From an uncultured Dehalococcoidaceae bacterium (GTDB lineage Bacteria; Chloroflexota; Dehalococcoidia; Dehalococcoidales; RBG-16-60-22): a DNA stretch of 64,000 nucleotides. The notes beneath the pieces are model-generated. The model saw only the letters and a program-made list of their open reading frames with translations. It did not search any database and was not told the DNA's origin. How positions within the stretch are numbered: the first letter of the stretch is position 1; every line of letters begins with the position of its first letter. A program made the translations under genes and the position numbers. Where the stretch lies: NCBI GenBank assembly GCA_964615345.1, contig CAZTMR010000001.1, positions 45,355-109,354 of the forward strand. Reading direction: 5' to 3'. This document shows, piece by piece, positions 29,561 to 40,044 of the stretch.

Positions 29561-30659
29561 GTGCAGGAACTGTTTGATGCTCTGGAAGATTTAAAAAGCC
29601 GGATTGCTATGGCCCTGGTGCATCTTTGACATCGCCGGTAAAGAAACGGAGATGGCCCGCCTTGAGAAACAGTCCGCGCAGCCGGACTTCTGGCTGGACC
29701 AGGCTAACGCGCAGAACGTGATGCGCCGGCTGGCGGAGTGCCGGAAAAAGGTGGATACCTGGCGGGAACTTGAAAAGAGGGTAGCTGACCTTAAGGAGCT
29801 GGCTGCTCTTTCCACTGAAGATGAAGCCCTTCAAGCCGAAATTCAGGCTGAAGTGGAAGTGCTGGTTGCCCGCCTCGACGAACTCGAATTTCAGGTGGCC
29901 TTCAGCGGGGAATACGACGACCGGAACGCCATTCTGACCGTCCACGCCGGCGCCGGCGGCACCGAATCACAGGACTGGGCGGAGATGCTCATGCGGATGT
30001 ATCTGCGCTGGGCGGAACGGCGCGGCTATACGGCGGAGGTGCTGGATAGCTCTCTCGGAGACGAAGCCGGTGTAAAAAGTGTGGTCATCAGTATCAGCGG
30101 TGATTACTCTTTCGGTTATCTGAAATCGGAACACGGCGTCCACCGCCTGGTGCGTCTTTCTCCGTTCAATTCTGACCACGCCCGGCATACGTCTTTTGCC
30201 CTGGTCGAGGTTATGCCGGAGGCGAGAGAAGACACGGATGTCATCGTTGCGCCGGATGAGCTGAAGATAGAAACCTTTCGCTCCAGCGGCCCCGGCGGAC
30301 AGCACATGCAAAAAACGAGCAGCGCCGTACGGCTGACGCATCTCCCCACCGGAACGGTGGTCACCTGCCAGAGCGAACGTTCCCAGCACCGGAATAAGGA
30401 TATCGCGATGAAGATACTTCATTCCCGCCTGCTGGAACTGCGGCTGGAAGAGCAGGCCGAAGAAAGTGCCCGGCTGAAAGGAAAGCACGTGGCCGCTGGC
30501 TGGGGCAATCAGATACGTAGCTACGTCCTGCATCCCTATAAAATGGTGAAGGACCACCGCACAGACCACCAGGAAGGTAATACTGACGCCGTACTGGACG
30601 GAGACCTGGACGGGTTTATCAACGCCTACGCCCGGGCGGCAATGGGACAGGAAGAATAA
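29561..30659 (+). CDS. prfB: peptide chain release factor 2 (requires a programmed +1 frameshift at 29624-29630)
   Basis: Frame 0 runs from GTG 29561 (GAGGGA SD upstream): VQELFDALEDLKSRIAMALVHL then TGA. The +1 frame continues DIAGKETEMARLEKQSAQPDFW.. with SPF (RLSPFNS) and GGQ (SGPGGQHMQ). The ORF track shows only 29604-30659. Confidence 0.9.
29624..29630 (+). other. RF2 autoregulatory +1 frameshift site CTT TGA C
   Basis: Exact CUU UGA C heptamer at the expected position, about 22 codons into prfB. Confidence 0.85.
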
Positions 30660-31753
30660 TGCGAAAGACCGTCACTTTTATCTTGCTGGTGGTTCTGCTG
30701 GCGGTTTTGACCGGCACCGCTACCGCGCAAGGTGATAACGGGCCAGCCGTGCTGGATAGTTCGGTTGAAATTGATTTTCCGATGCGACTTAACTTCAGCG
30801 TCGCCGCCCGGAGCGGTACTGACATTACTGATATCCGGCTGCATTACCGGGTTGACCGGATGGCTTATGCCCGGATAACCAGCGAGAGCTTTCTCGATTT
30901 TAACCCGTCTCAACAGGTCAGCGCCGACTGGACCTGGGATATGAGAAAGACGGGCGGGCTGCCTCCGGGGAGCCGTATCGAGTACTGGTGGACGATTGCA
31001 GATGCCGCCGGGAAAAGCCTTAAAACCGCTCCCTCTACCGTCCGGATGGAAGACAGCCGTTATCCCTGGCAGAGCCTGACGGACGGGATGCTTACCCTGT
31101 ACTGGTATGAAGGCGATATTTCCTTCGCCCGGACGATAATCACGGCTGCCCGGCGTTCGCTCGAACGGCTGGAAACATCAACCGGTGCCGGCTTGAAAAA
31201 TCCGATAAGCCTTTATATTTATTCCGGCTCTGAAGATTTACAGAGCGCCATGATTTTCCCCCGGGAGTGGACGGGCGGAGTAGCTTTTGCCCGTTACAGC
31301 ACCATCGCCATCGGGATTCCCCCGGATAGGCTGGACTGGGGTTTGAGAGCCATGGCGCATGAACTAACACACCTGGTGACCCACCAGATGGTCTTCAATC
31401 CCTATAATCATCTTCCCACCTGGCTCGAAGAAGGTCTGGCAATGTATACGGAAGGCCCCCTCCAGCCCGTCTTCGCTGATTTACTCGCCCGGGCCATCGC
31501 TGAAGATAGCCTTATCTCCGTGCGCAGCCTTTCTAGCCCCTTTTCCGCTTTCCCGGAGAAATCGGCCCTTGCCTACGCCCAGAGCTTCAGCATCGTGGAC
31601 TTTTTGATTTCCGGGTACGGGCAGGACAGGATGCTGGAGTTGCTGAATACTTTCCGCCGGGGCAGCGGCTATGACCAGGCCCTCCTGGAAGTTTACGGCT
31701 TTGATATGGACGGTCTGAATAGCCGGTGGCGCCGGTCTCTGGGGCGGCGTTAG
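30659..31753 (+). CDS. secreted gluzincin-type metallopeptidase-like protein (peptidase MA clan)
   Basis: Signal peptide MRKTVTFILLVVLLAVLTGTATA|QG; HELTH zinc motif followed by WLEEGLAMY. The ATG overlaps the prfB stop by 1 nt. Confidence 0.6.
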   Translation: MRKTVTFILLVVLLAVLTGTATAQGDNGPAVLDSSVEIDFPMRLNFSVAARSGTDITDIRLHYRVDRMAYARITSESFLDFNPSQQVSADWTWDMRKTGGLPPGSRIEYWWTIADAAGKSLKTAPSTVRMEDSRYPWQSLTDGMLTLYWYEGDISFARTIITAARRSLERLETSTGAGLKNPISLYIYSGSEDLQSAMIFPREWTGGVAFARYSTIAIGIPPDRLDWGLRAMAHELTHLVTHQMVFNPYNHLPTWLEEGLAMYTEGPLQPVFADLLARAIAEDSLISVRSLSSPFSAFPEKSALAYAQSFSIVDFLISGYGQDRMLELLNTFRRGSGYDQALLEVYGFDMDGLNSRWRRSLGRR

Positions 31754-32910
31754 GCCTGCCGGCGGGAAAATGACATTTCACCCGGCGCCGCGGCCGGAAA
31801 AACGTCCTTACCGTTGAACGGCGTCAGTTTTACGTATCCGTTCTCACAGGGGTTGCCCTCAGTTACGTACATCGCCGCCTCTTCCAGGTCCATTATCACC
31901 GAGCTGATCGTGTTTATCCGGCTCAGCTCATCATCGGCGGGATTGATATGCCAGCATATGGAGTCCGGGTAGCTGACGTGGTCGCTGAGCACCCGCTGAA
32001 AACTCTCGATATCGATTTCTCCCCGCTCTGCTTCCAGCAGGCGCTGCGCCCGGTGGTGGCGGAAAAGAGTGCTGGGGGCGAAGCGCTTGAAAAGGTCTTT
32101 AAAGTCCGCCCGGTTGGTGAAAGTGAGGAAATGGTTGCTGTGTGTCAGGATGCCGTTCTCCGGGTGCACCGTGCCCACGTCCTCCGGGGTCACTTCCAGG
32201 TCTATGGCTTCCCCCTCCCGGCAGGCGATGAGGATGTTGCCGGAGACCGCGGTCCGGGTACCGAGTACCGCCTTCAGGCTCCGGGTAAAGTTATCCGCGT
32301 TGAGCGCTCCTCTTAACAAAAGCAGGAACGGCGTGCTCGGTTCGAAGCGGTCCTGGTTCGATATCAGACAGTTAACGCATACCCCCAGCCCTGCCGTGTT
32401 CATCCCTTTCATGCCGATAATACCCGCTTCCGTGGAAAGGATGATTTCCGGTTTTCCAATTTGCTCGATGGTCAGGATGATGCCCTGGTCAAAGTGCGCC
32501 GGGGCCATATCCCAGTTCTGCCCGATTATGGTATGACCATCCCGCGTGGTTTCCGGCAGGGTGGTAATGGAAGTACACCCACCGTGCGCCATCTGGCGGG
32601 CTACCCGCATTCCCCAGAGAAGCTCGTACCGTACGTTCAGCGCGATAACTTCCTCCAGGCTCAGTTCGGCGCCTCTGGCCAGCCCCTGTAGTTCTTCCAG
32701 GATATCGGCGTCATACTCTCCTATCGCCGGCGCAAACTGGCGGCACCGCTCCAGGATTTCCGCCCGGTTCATACCCAGCATTTCTCCCCAGAGGCGGAAA
32801 TACAGGTCTACATTCTGCCGTACCAGCTTGCCGGCCTGTCTGCCGTGCTGCTCGCCGCATTCGAAGGGTTTACCTTTGACCGAGACTACCGGAAAACTGC
32901 GTAATGCCAT
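31750..32910 (-). CDS. peptidase C45 / acyl-CoA:6-APA acyltransferase-like Ntn hydrolase
   Basis: 386 aa with the internal GGCTS motif expected for Gly-Cys autoprocessing. This is a family call from memory. Confidence 0.55.
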   Translation of the reverse strand: MALRSFPVVSVKGKPFECGEQHGRQAGKLVRQNVDLYFRLWGEMLGMNRAEILERCRQFAPAIGEYDADILEELQGLARGAELSLEEVIALNVRYELLWGMRVARQMAHGGCTSITTLPETTRDGHTIIGQNWDMAPAHFDQGIILTIEQIGKPEIILSTEAGIIGMKGMNTAGLGVCVNCLISNQDRFEPSTPFLLLLRGALNADNFTRSLKAVLGTRTAVSGNILIACREGEAIDLEVTPEDVGTVHPENGILTHSNHFLTFTNRADFKDLFKRFAPSTLFRHHRAQRLLEAERGEIDIESFQRVLSDHVSYPDSICWHINPADDELSRINTISSVIMDLEEAAMYVTEGNPCENGYVKLTPFNGKDVFPAAAPGEMSFSRRQA

Positions 32911-33160
32911 GACACGCCTCCTCGCCGGGTTGCTCGCCCGCTTATTAGAAAATTAGCATAGCCTCTGCCTCCTGTCAATTTTTGCGGTTCTGCTTGCAAA
33001 TAAAACAATATTTACCGCCCGTTGCGCCGATTTGATATTCGGTCGCGGTAGCCTTAAAATAGAAGCTGTCTTACCCGGCGCCGCCGCGGTAAAATCTCTC
33101 CCGTAAAGGACCTGAATAATTACTATCGGACTGCTCAGAAACCGCAACTTTATTCTTATT

Positions 33161-34021
33161 TTGGCCATCGGCCTCGGCCTGGCGGTTGGTAAGAGTGCCG
33201 CCGTCTGGACGCAGCCCCTGGTTTTGCCGGCGTTAGCCCTGGTGATGACCCTGTCCGCCACCAGCATCAGCTCTCGTGACTTTACCACCCTGAAGGCCAT
33301 GCCCCGTCCCATAGCAGTTTCGCTGTTACTGAACTACGTGGTGATGGGCAGCGTGACTTTGTTGCTCGCCTGGTGGCTGATAGACGACCCGGACCTGTGG
33401 GCCGGGTTTGTCATTGTGGCCGCGGTGCCGCCGGCCGTGGCGGTGGTTCCCTTCACCTATATCCTGGGAGGAAACACCCTTTTTTCGCTGGTGGGGATGG
33501 CTGCGGCCTATCTGGCGGCGCTGGGTATAATGCCCCTGGCCATCGTCTTGTTCCTCGGCGTGGACTTCTTTAACCCGCTTGACCTGCTGGTCATCCTCGG
33601 TCAGCTTGTTCTCCTGCCCATAGTCATTTCCCGCATATTGCTCTTTACCGGCTGGGCGCACTGGGTAAACCGGTGGCGTGGCCCCATCACCAACTGGAGC
33701 TTCTTCGTCGTTCTTTTCACCATCGTCGGGCTGAACCGGCAGGCCTTTTTCGGTGAGTTTGCCGTACTGCTGAAAATTTCCGTCATTGCCATTGTTATCT
33801 CTTTTGTGCTGGGTGAAGCCATCGAGTGGATAGCTAGAGCGCGGCATATCGACCGCGAAACCAGCATCAGCCTGATACTTATCGGCTCGATGAAAAACTA
33901 CGGGCTGGCCAGCGGCATTTTGCTGGCGCTCTTCAGCGAGCGGGCGGCCATACCCGCGTCCATCTGCGCCGTCTTCGCCATACTGCGTTTCCTGTGGCTG
34001 GGTTTTCACTATCGAAGATAG
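33161..34021 (+). CDS. polytopic membrane transporter, bile acid:sodium symporter (BASS)-like
   Basis: About 9-10 hydrophobic helices, with GSMKNYGLASGILLA resembling the BASS QNSGLA motif. The TTG start is uncertain. Confidence 0.45.
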   Translation: MAIGLGLAVGKSAAVWTQPLVLPALALVMTLSATSISSRDFTTLKAMPRPIAVSLLLNYVVMGSVTLLLAWWLIDDPDLWAGFVIVAAVPPAVAVVPFTYILGGNTLFSLVGMAAAYLAALGIMPLAIVLFLGVDFFNPLDLLVILGQLVLLPIVISRILLFTGWAHWVNRWRGPITNWSFFVVLFTIVGLNRQAFFGEFAVLLKISVIAIVISFVLGEAIEWIARARHIDRETSISLILIGSMKNYGLASGILLALFSERAAIPASICAVFAILRFLWLGFHYRR

Positions 34022-34072
34022 ACCGCTTTGCCATCTTGTAACCGGGTCCCGCCGGTGCTAAACTAGACCGAT

Positions 34073-34783
34073 ATGGAAAGAACGGCGGCGAAGAAAGTCA
34101 CCTCTTTTACCATTCACGATTTGCCGGTATCGGAGCGTCCCCGCGAGCGGTTACTGAAGTTCGGCATCGAGGCGCTCTCCGCCCAGGAAATTCTGGCGCT
34201 GATTATGGGGCGTGGTATCTCCGGTGAGTCCGTGATGGTCACTGCCCAGAGGCTGTTAAGGCAGTTCGGCAGTCTGAAAGACCTGGCCGCCGCCTCCACG
34301 GAAGAGCTGGCGATGGTGAAAGGAATCGGCATTGCCAAGGCGGCCCAGATTAAAGCTGCTTTTGAGCTGACCAACCGCCTGGAAAGCTACCCCGGGACCG
34401 GAGAGAAAGTCCCGGTCAGGACTCCGGAGGAAGTTGCCGGCCTGGTGCGAAGCCGTCTCCGGAACAAGAAAAAAGAGTATTTCCTGGCCCTGCTCCTGGA
34501 CACCAGGAACCATCTGATCCGGATTGCGGAAATCTCGGTAGGCAGCCTGGACAGCAGCATTGTCCATCCCAGGGAGGTCTTTAAAGAGGCTATCAGTTCC
34601 AGCGCCGCCTCGGTTATCTTTGTCCACAACCACCCCTCCGGCGACACCGAAGCGTCTGAAGATGACATAATGTTGTCAAAGCGACTCGCTGAGGTCGGAG
34701 CCATAATGGGCATAGACGTGCTCGACCACGTCATAATCGGGGATAACCGGCATCTGAGTTTGAAACGGGAAGGTTTATTTTAA
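34073..34783 (+). CDS. radC: RadC-family JAB/MPN domain protein
   Basis: HhH region followed by the HNHPSGDTEASEDD JAMM motif. Confidence 0.85.
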   Translation: MERTAAKKVTSFTIHDLPVSERPRERLLKFGIEALSAQEILALIMGRGISGESVMVTAQRLLRQFGSLKDLAAASTEELAMVKGIGIAKAAQIKAAFELTNRLESYPGTGEKVPVRTPEEVAGLVRSRLRNKKKEYFLALLLDTRNHLIRIAEISVGSLDSSIVHPREVFKEAISSSAASVIFVHNHPSGDTEASEDDIMLSKRLAEVGAIMGIDVLDHVIIGDNRHLSLKREGLF

Positions 34784-34847
34784 GCGTTACCCGGTTAAGG
34801 CGGGAAAACCGGGGGCTTGGCTGTAGCGCAGCGGAAAGGCGTTCGCT

Positions 34848-35471
34848 TTGTTTGTTCTCGGCCTGATACTGGTGCTTATCGGCGCTTATCTCCTCGGTTC
34901 GTTTCCTTCGGCTTATGTCATCGGGCGCCTCCGCAAAGGGGTCGATATTCGCCGGGTGGGCAGCCGCAATATGGGCGCCATGAACGTGTTCTACCAGGTG
35001 GGCTTTGCCGAAGGTCTCCTGGTACTGGCGGTGGATATCGGCAAGGGAGCGGCGGCGGTGGCCCTGGCTCACTTTGCCGGTATGCCGGTGCTGGTTCAGT
35101 ACTTGGCGGCGGTGGCTGTAGTGCTGGGGCATAACTTCCCGGTGTTTTTGAAATTTCAGGGCGGGCGGGGAGGCGCTACCTGTATCGGCATTCTCGCCTT
35201 TCTGATGCCCTGGGGGGTACCCGCTTATGTGGTCGCTTTTGGTGTTTCTCTCTTGATTACCCGTTTCCCCACTCTCAGCTACAGCGTTGCCTTTCTCGTC
35301 TTTCCCTTTACCGGGTGGCTCGTTTACCATGACTGGAGCCTGTCTGTTTTCAGTATCGGTCTGCTCCTGATGCCTCTGCTGGGGTATGTTCCCCGGATAA
35401 AGGAGATGCGTTCTCAGGGAGGTAGCTGGCAGCACGTCATCCACCGCCGGGGACTGCGTGACCGTCTCTGA
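34848..35471 (+). CDS. plsY: glycerol-3-phosphate acyltransferase PlsY
   Basis: GSFPSAYVIG..GSRNMGAMNV and HNFPVFLKFQGGRGGAT. TTG start. Confidence 0.85.
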   Translation: MFVLGLILVLIGAYLLGSFPSAYVIGRLRKGVDIRRVGSRNMGAMNVFYQVGFAEGLLVLAVDIGKGAAAVALAHFAGMPVLVQYLAAVAVVLGHNFPVFLKFQGGRGGATCIGILAFLMPWGVPAYVVAFGVSLLITRFPTLSYSVAFLVFPFTGWLVYHDWSLSVFSIGLLLMPLLGYVPRIKEMRSQGGSWQHVIHRRGLRDRL

Positions 35472-35534
35472 CGGGGTATCCGTTTCACCTGGCGGAGCAG
35501 CTCCATATTTTAATTGTGGAAAAAGGGAGGAAGA

Positions 35535-36683
35535 ATGATTTATCGGAAGCTGGGCAGAACCGGTCTGGATATCGGCGTCATCGGGCTGGGCGCGGAATAT
35601 CTGGAATATGCGCCCCGGGAAACGGTGGCTTCGGTGGTGCACGAGGTGCTCGACCGGGGTGTGAACTATATTGACTTGTTCATGGCCTCACCGGCGGTGC
35701 GGGACAACTTCGGCATCGCTCTGGCCGGCAAACGGCAACAGGTGATGATTGCCGGCCATCTGGGCGCGGTTATGCAGCATGGCCAGTACTGCCGCTCCCG
35801 GGATAATGATCTGAGTATAAGGTATTTTGAAGACCTGCTTACCAGGCTGCGCACCGACTATATTGATGTCCTGATGCTGCACTACATTGATGAACCGGAT
35901 GATTATGATTGTGTCTTCGGTCCGGGCGGGCTGCTGGAGGTAGCGGAAAGCTTGAAGCAAGAAGGCAAAGCCCGCTATATCGGTATGAGCAGCCATCGGG
36001 TTCCGGTATCTTTGCGGGCGGTAAACAGCGGCCGGATTGACGTCCTCCTCTTTCCGGTAAACCCGGCCTTTGATACCCTTCCCGGTGACGTTGAGCAAGG
36101 GCCGCTGAAGGCGGACAGCTCTTATCGGCAGGCAGGGACTGAGCGGGACAGGCTCATCCCGGAGCGCCGGGAGCTGTACCATACCTGCGCCGCACGTGGA
36201 GTGGCTATCGTCGCCATGAAACCGTACGCTGCGGGGGTGCTGTTTGCGGAAAACAACCCCAGCGATATCGTTTTAACGCCGGTCCAGTGTCTCAGCTATG
36301 CGCTCGCTCAGCCCGGCGTCTCCACCGCGGTGCCGGGATGCAAAGATACAGCCGAGTTAAAAGCGGCCCTGGATTTTCTGAATGCCACGGAAAAGGAAAA
36401 AGATTTCAGTGGCATCGATGTCAACTCTGTCTGGAGGCTCCGGGGTAGCTGTATGTACTGCAATCATTGCCTCCCCTGTCCGGTGGGGATTGATATCGGC
36501 GGCGTTACCCGGCTGCTGGATACTGCCAGCTATGGCCTCGATGAGCGGGTGCTTGCTCGCTATGAAGAGCTGCCGGTGAAAGCTTCCGCCTGCACCGAAT
36601 GCGGGGAATGTGAACCGCGCTGTCCCTTTGGCGTGAAAATAGTCGCCAATATGACCAGGGCCGCGGGGCTGTTCCGCGAATAG
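35535..36683 (+). CDS. aldo/keto reductase with a C-terminal 2x[4Fe-4S]-like domain
   Basis: AKR N-terminus MIYRKLGRTGLDIGVIGLG; C-terminal CMYCNHCLPCP and CTECGECEPRCP. The start is set at ATG 35535 behind GGGAGGAAG. Confidence 0.8.
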   Translation: MIYRKLGRTGLDIGVIGLGAEYLEYAPRETVASVVHEVLDRGVNYIDLFMASPAVRDNFGIALAGKRQQVMIAGHLGAVMQHGQYCRSRDNDLSIRYFEDLLTRLRTDYIDVLMLHYIDEPDDYDCVFGPGGLLEVAESLKQEGKARYIGMSSHRVPVSLRAVNSGRIDVLLFPVNPAFDTLPGDVEQGPLKADSSYRQAGTERDRLIPERRELYHTCAARGVAIVAMKPYAAGVLFAENNPSDIVLTPVQCLSYALAQPGVSTAVPGCKDTAELKAALDFLNATEKEKDFSGIDVNSVWRLRGSCMYCNHCLPCPVGIDIGGVTRLLDTASYGLDERVLARYEELPVKASACTECGECEPRCPFGVKIVANMTRAAGLFRE

Positions 36684-36728
36684 CCGTCATGCGCTTGAGG
36701 GCCTTCCCTGCTGTACCGGCGCCGTCGG

Positions 36729-37238
36729 TCAGGTCAGGTCTCTCAGGAACCGGAGGGAGAAGCGGTGGGCTACGGCCAGCGCCACGCTGCTGGTCAGCAC
36801 GGCAATCAAAACTTCCGGAGAAAAACCGGTAATGGCCACACCCAGGGCGGTGCCGCTGGCCGGCGGGTGCTCGAGGCCGAGGACAATCATGAGCAGGATG
36901 GAAGTCCCCACCGCCAGTGAATAGACCAAAACCGTAACCACTACGGATGATTGCGGGATCAGGGCGAACAAAGAGCCGCAGACGAGACCGGTAACATGTC
37001 CGCCGATAACCCTCCGGGGGCGTGCGGTAAGGCTCCTGGGCATGGCAAAGACGATGAAGGCGGTGGAGCCGATGGAAGCGGTGACCACCACGTGCTCCGC
37101 GTTAAGCAGTACCAGGACGATGGCGAGTACCACGGTGGCAAAAAGGCTCTGGTACAGATAGTTCCTCCAGAACCGCTTGAATTCCGCGCGGACTCTGAAA
37201 TACCAGCGGTTGATAACTGCCCGGGAAATGGAACTCAT
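36729..37238 (-). CDS. HPP-family membrane protein
   Basis: Four to five TM helices and the LEHPPASGTALG motif. Confidence 0.6.
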   Translation of the reverse strand: MSSISRAVINRWYFRVRAEFKRFWRNYLYQSLFATVVLAIVLVLLNAEHVVVTASIGSTAFIVFAMPRSLTARPRRVIGGHVTGLVCGSLFALIPQSSVVVTVLVYSLAVGTSILLMIVLGLEHPPASGTALGVAITGFSPEVLIAVLTSSVALAVAHRFSLRFLRDLT

Positions 37239-37380
37239 TTTCTGGCCAGATTATAATACTTTCCGGCAGCGTTGTACACCGGCTTGGCGGGTGATAGCCC
37301 AGAGCTGTCTGATGTGGTATATTGATATAGTAGCCATTACGGAATAAAATCTGGAATGAACAGAAAGGCGGGGATAGTTT

Positions 37381-38451
37381 ATGACCAGGAAAGTGTGCGT
37401 GATACAGGGCGATGATGCGTCACCGGAGGTAGTTGTCCCGGCGGTTGGCATTGTGGAGGGTATGGGCCTGGATATTGAGTTTACCTGGCCGGTCACCGGC
37501 GACCCGGCGCTTACCGAATACGGGACTGCTTTTCCTCAGGCGGCCAGAGAAGTCATTGATGAAGCTGACTGTGCCATTATGGGCTCTACCCGCACCCTTG
37601 GTGATGCTCACGGTTATCTGAGATGGGGTAAACAGTGCTACGCTAATCTGCGCCCCACCAGGTACGTCAGCGGCCTGAGAAGCCCGTTGAAAAATCCGGA
37701 GGGTATAGATTTCTATATCGTCCGCGAAAACCTTGAAGGACTCTATCCCGGATACGAAGGGGATATTGACCGGCTCGCCCCGCTGAAATTGCACAATGAT
37801 ATGCTTGATGTTGACCTGGATACGACCGCGCGGGGCAAATTCGCCGTCAAAATTACCACGGAAAAGAGGACGCGGGCTATATGTGAGTCCGCTTGCCGGC
37901 TGGCGATGAAGAGAAAGTCCGCCGGCGGCCGGGGCAAAGTTACCGTGGCTACCAAGTATAACGTGCTGACACAGTCGGACGAGCTTTTCCGCCGTATCGC
38001 CGAAGAGACAGTTGCCGCTTACCCGGAGCTTTCTTTTCAGCAGCTTATCATCGATAACTTCGCCCAGCAGCTGATTATCAACCCCCACCAGTTCGATGTC
38101 GTGGTGATGTCCAACGAAAATGGAGACATTCAGGCGGACGGGGCTGCGGCACTCATCGGCGGCCTGGGTATCGCCCCCAATGCCTGTATCGGTGAAGATT
38201 ACGCTTATTTCGGCTCCGTGCACGGCACCGCTCCGGACATCGTCGGCATGGATATTATTAACCCCACCGCCATGCTCCTGGCCTGTGCCATGATGCTGGA
38301 ACACCTCGGCTTTGCTGAAGCAGCTTCCCGGCTGGAAGCCGCTATCTACGGGGTTTACCGGGAAGGGAAATACCTGACCCGTGACCAGGGCGGAAGAGCC
38401 GGCACCTCCCGGTTCTGCGAAGCCGTCAAAGCCAATCTTTCCGCGGGTTAA
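37381..38451 (+). CDS. isocitrate/isopropylmalate dehydrogenase-family oxidoreductase
   Basis: 356 aa showing the family pattern (VCVIQGDDASPEV..; NENGDIQADGAAALIGGLGIAPNACIG). The substrate is not assignable by eye. Confidence 0.75.
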   Translation: MTRKVCVIQGDDASPEVVVPAVGIVEGMGLDIEFTWPVTGDPALTEYGTAFPQAAREVIDEADCAIMGSTRTLGDAHGYLRWGKQCYANLRPTRYVSGLRSPLKNPEGIDFYIVRENLEGLYPGYEGDIDRLAPLKLHNDMLDVDLDTTARGKFAVKITTEKRTRAICESACRLAMKRKSAGGRGKVTVATKYNVLTQSDELFRRIAEETVAAYPELSFQQLIIDNFAQQLIINPHQFDVVVMSNENGDIQADGAAALIGGLGIAPNACIGEDYAYFGSVHGTAPDIVGMDIINPTAMLLACAMMLEHLGFAEAASRLEAAIYGVYREGKYLTRDQGGRAGTSRFCEAVKANLSAG

Positions 38452-38457
38452 GACTCG

Positions 38458-40044
38458 GTGCCGGGCGGGATGATGAAAAGAAGCGCTGTCGTACTGCTCC
38501 TGCTGCTGGTTCTGGTCGGCCCCATGGTCGGAGGCTGTCAGGCACCGCCGCAGACAGCCAGACTCAATCTTGCCGGAGTCGACCCGATAACGTTTGATCC
38601 CGCCCTGTCTGCCGATATGCTTTCCCACCGCTATATCCTGCAGATATTCGGCGGCCTGGTCCGTCTCGATGATAACCTGGTTCCGGTGCCGGATATCGCG
38701 GAAAGTTGGGAGATAAGCGATGGCGGCCGGACCTACACCTTTTACCTGCGGCCGGATGTGCGGTTCCATGACGGAACCAGGGTCACCGCGGCTGACTTCA
38801 AATATTCCTGGGAGCGTGCCGCTGACCCGGAGACCGGCTCGCGCACCGTGGCTACCTATCTGGGTGATATTACCGGCATTGCCGATGTGCTCGCCGGCCG
38901 GGCCGGGGAAATCAGCGGGGTAGAGGCTATTGATGACTCCACCCTGCGGGTAACCATAAGCAGCCCCAGATCCTATTTCCTCTCCAAGATGACCTACCCG
39001 ACGGCGTTTGTCGTGGATAAAGGCAATGTGGAATCCGGCGGCGATTGGTGGCGCCAGCCTAACGGTACCGGCCCCTTTAAGCTCGGCCGCTGGGAAGAGG
39101 AAAACCTGCTTTTGCTGGAAAAAAACGAGCGCTATTACGCCGGCCCTGCTCGCCTGGACTCGGCAGCGTTCCATTTATGGAGCGGGCTTCTCATGAATAT
39201 GTACGAGACCGGGGAGATAGACGCGGCTGGCGTTTCCCGCGCCTATATCGATAAGGTTACTGATGAAACCGGCCCCTTCTATCCGGAACTGCAGATAGCC
39301 CCGGAGCTGAGCTTCAGCTATATCGGCTTTGACCATACCCGTCCACCTTTCGATGATATCAACGTCCGGCGTGCCTTCAGCCAGGCGGTTGACCGGGAGA
39401 AGCTGGCCTCACTGGTCTACCGTGATATGATGCAGCCGGCGGAGGGTATCCTGCCGCCGGGAATGCCCGGCTTTAACCAAAACCTTTCCGGGTTGAGCTA
39501 TGACATTGATAAAGCCCACCAGTTGATCGCCGCCTCACGGTATGGCAGCGTGGAAAACCTGCCCCGGATTACCATCACCACCTCTGGCTGGGGCGGTCTG
39601 ATTTCCAGCGGACTTGAGGCGATTATCGAGGAATGGCGGCGGAACCTGGGCGTGGAGGTGGAGGTCCGGCAGCTTGAGCCGGAACGGTTCCTCTATCACC
39701 TGGTGGAGGAAAAGGACGAGATGTTCTATACGGGGTGGGTGGCTGACTACCCTCACCCCCAGAACTTCCTGGAAGTGCTTTTCCGCACCGGGGAGGACAA
39801 CAACGCCGGGGAATACAGTAATCCGGAAGCGGACGCCCTGCTGGAGCAGGCCGGCCTCGAACCTGACTACCAGCAAAGCCTGGAGCTATACCGGCAGGTC
39901 GAGCAGGAACTGGTCGATGACGCCGCCTGTATCCCGCTCTGGTTCGGCCGGAACTATTACCTGGTCAAGCCGTACGTCAGCGGCTATCATTTGAACCCGC
40001 TGGGCTTTGTCCGCCTGGACCAGGTTTCCGTGAGCCCTGATTGA
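38458..40044 (+). CDS. ABC transporter substrate-binding lipoprotein, family 5 (peptide/nickel type)
   Basis: Lipoprotein signal ..LLLLVLVGPMVGGC followed by an SBP_bac_5-like sequence. No permease or ATPase genes are adjacent. Confidence 0.8.
   Translation: MPGGMMKRSAVVLLLLLVLVGPMVGGCQAPPQTARLNLAGVDPITFDPALSADMLSHRYILQIFGGLVRLDDNLVPVPDIAESWEISDGGRTYTFYLRPDVRFHDGTRVTAADFKYSWERAADPETGSRTVATYLGDITGIADVLAGRAGEISGVEAIDDSTLRVTISSPRSYFLSKMTYPTAFVVDKGNVESGGDWWRQPNGTGPFKLGRWEEENLLLLEKNERYYAGPARLDSAAFHLWSGLLMNMYETGEIDAAGVSRAYIDKVTDETGPFYPELQIAPELSFSYIGFDHTRPPFDDINVRRAFSQAVDREKLASLVYRDMMQPAEGILPPGMPGFNQNLSGLSYDIDKAHQLIAASRYGSVENLPRITITTSGWGGLISSGLEAIIEEWRRNLGVEVEVRQLEPERFLYHLVEEKDEMFYTGWVADYPHPQNFLEVLFRTGEDNNAGEYSNPEADALLEQAGLEPDYQQSLELYRQVEQELVDDAACIPLWFGRNYYLVKPYVSGYHLNPLGFVRLDQVSVSPD

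Noticed and set aside
37420-39174. 584-aa ORF on the minus strand
   Set aside because: It is antisense to the IDH-family gene and the SBP gene, both of which have clear family signatures. It crosses their intergenic gap without any start-site signal and has a low-complexity Gly/Arg/Pro composition.
39977-40044. 68-nt convergent overlap between the SBP gene and the pseudouridine synthase gene
   Set aside because: Both 3' ends encode plausible low-complexity tails. Convergent overlaps are common in compact genomes, and I saw no sign of recoding or an antisense regulatory structure.
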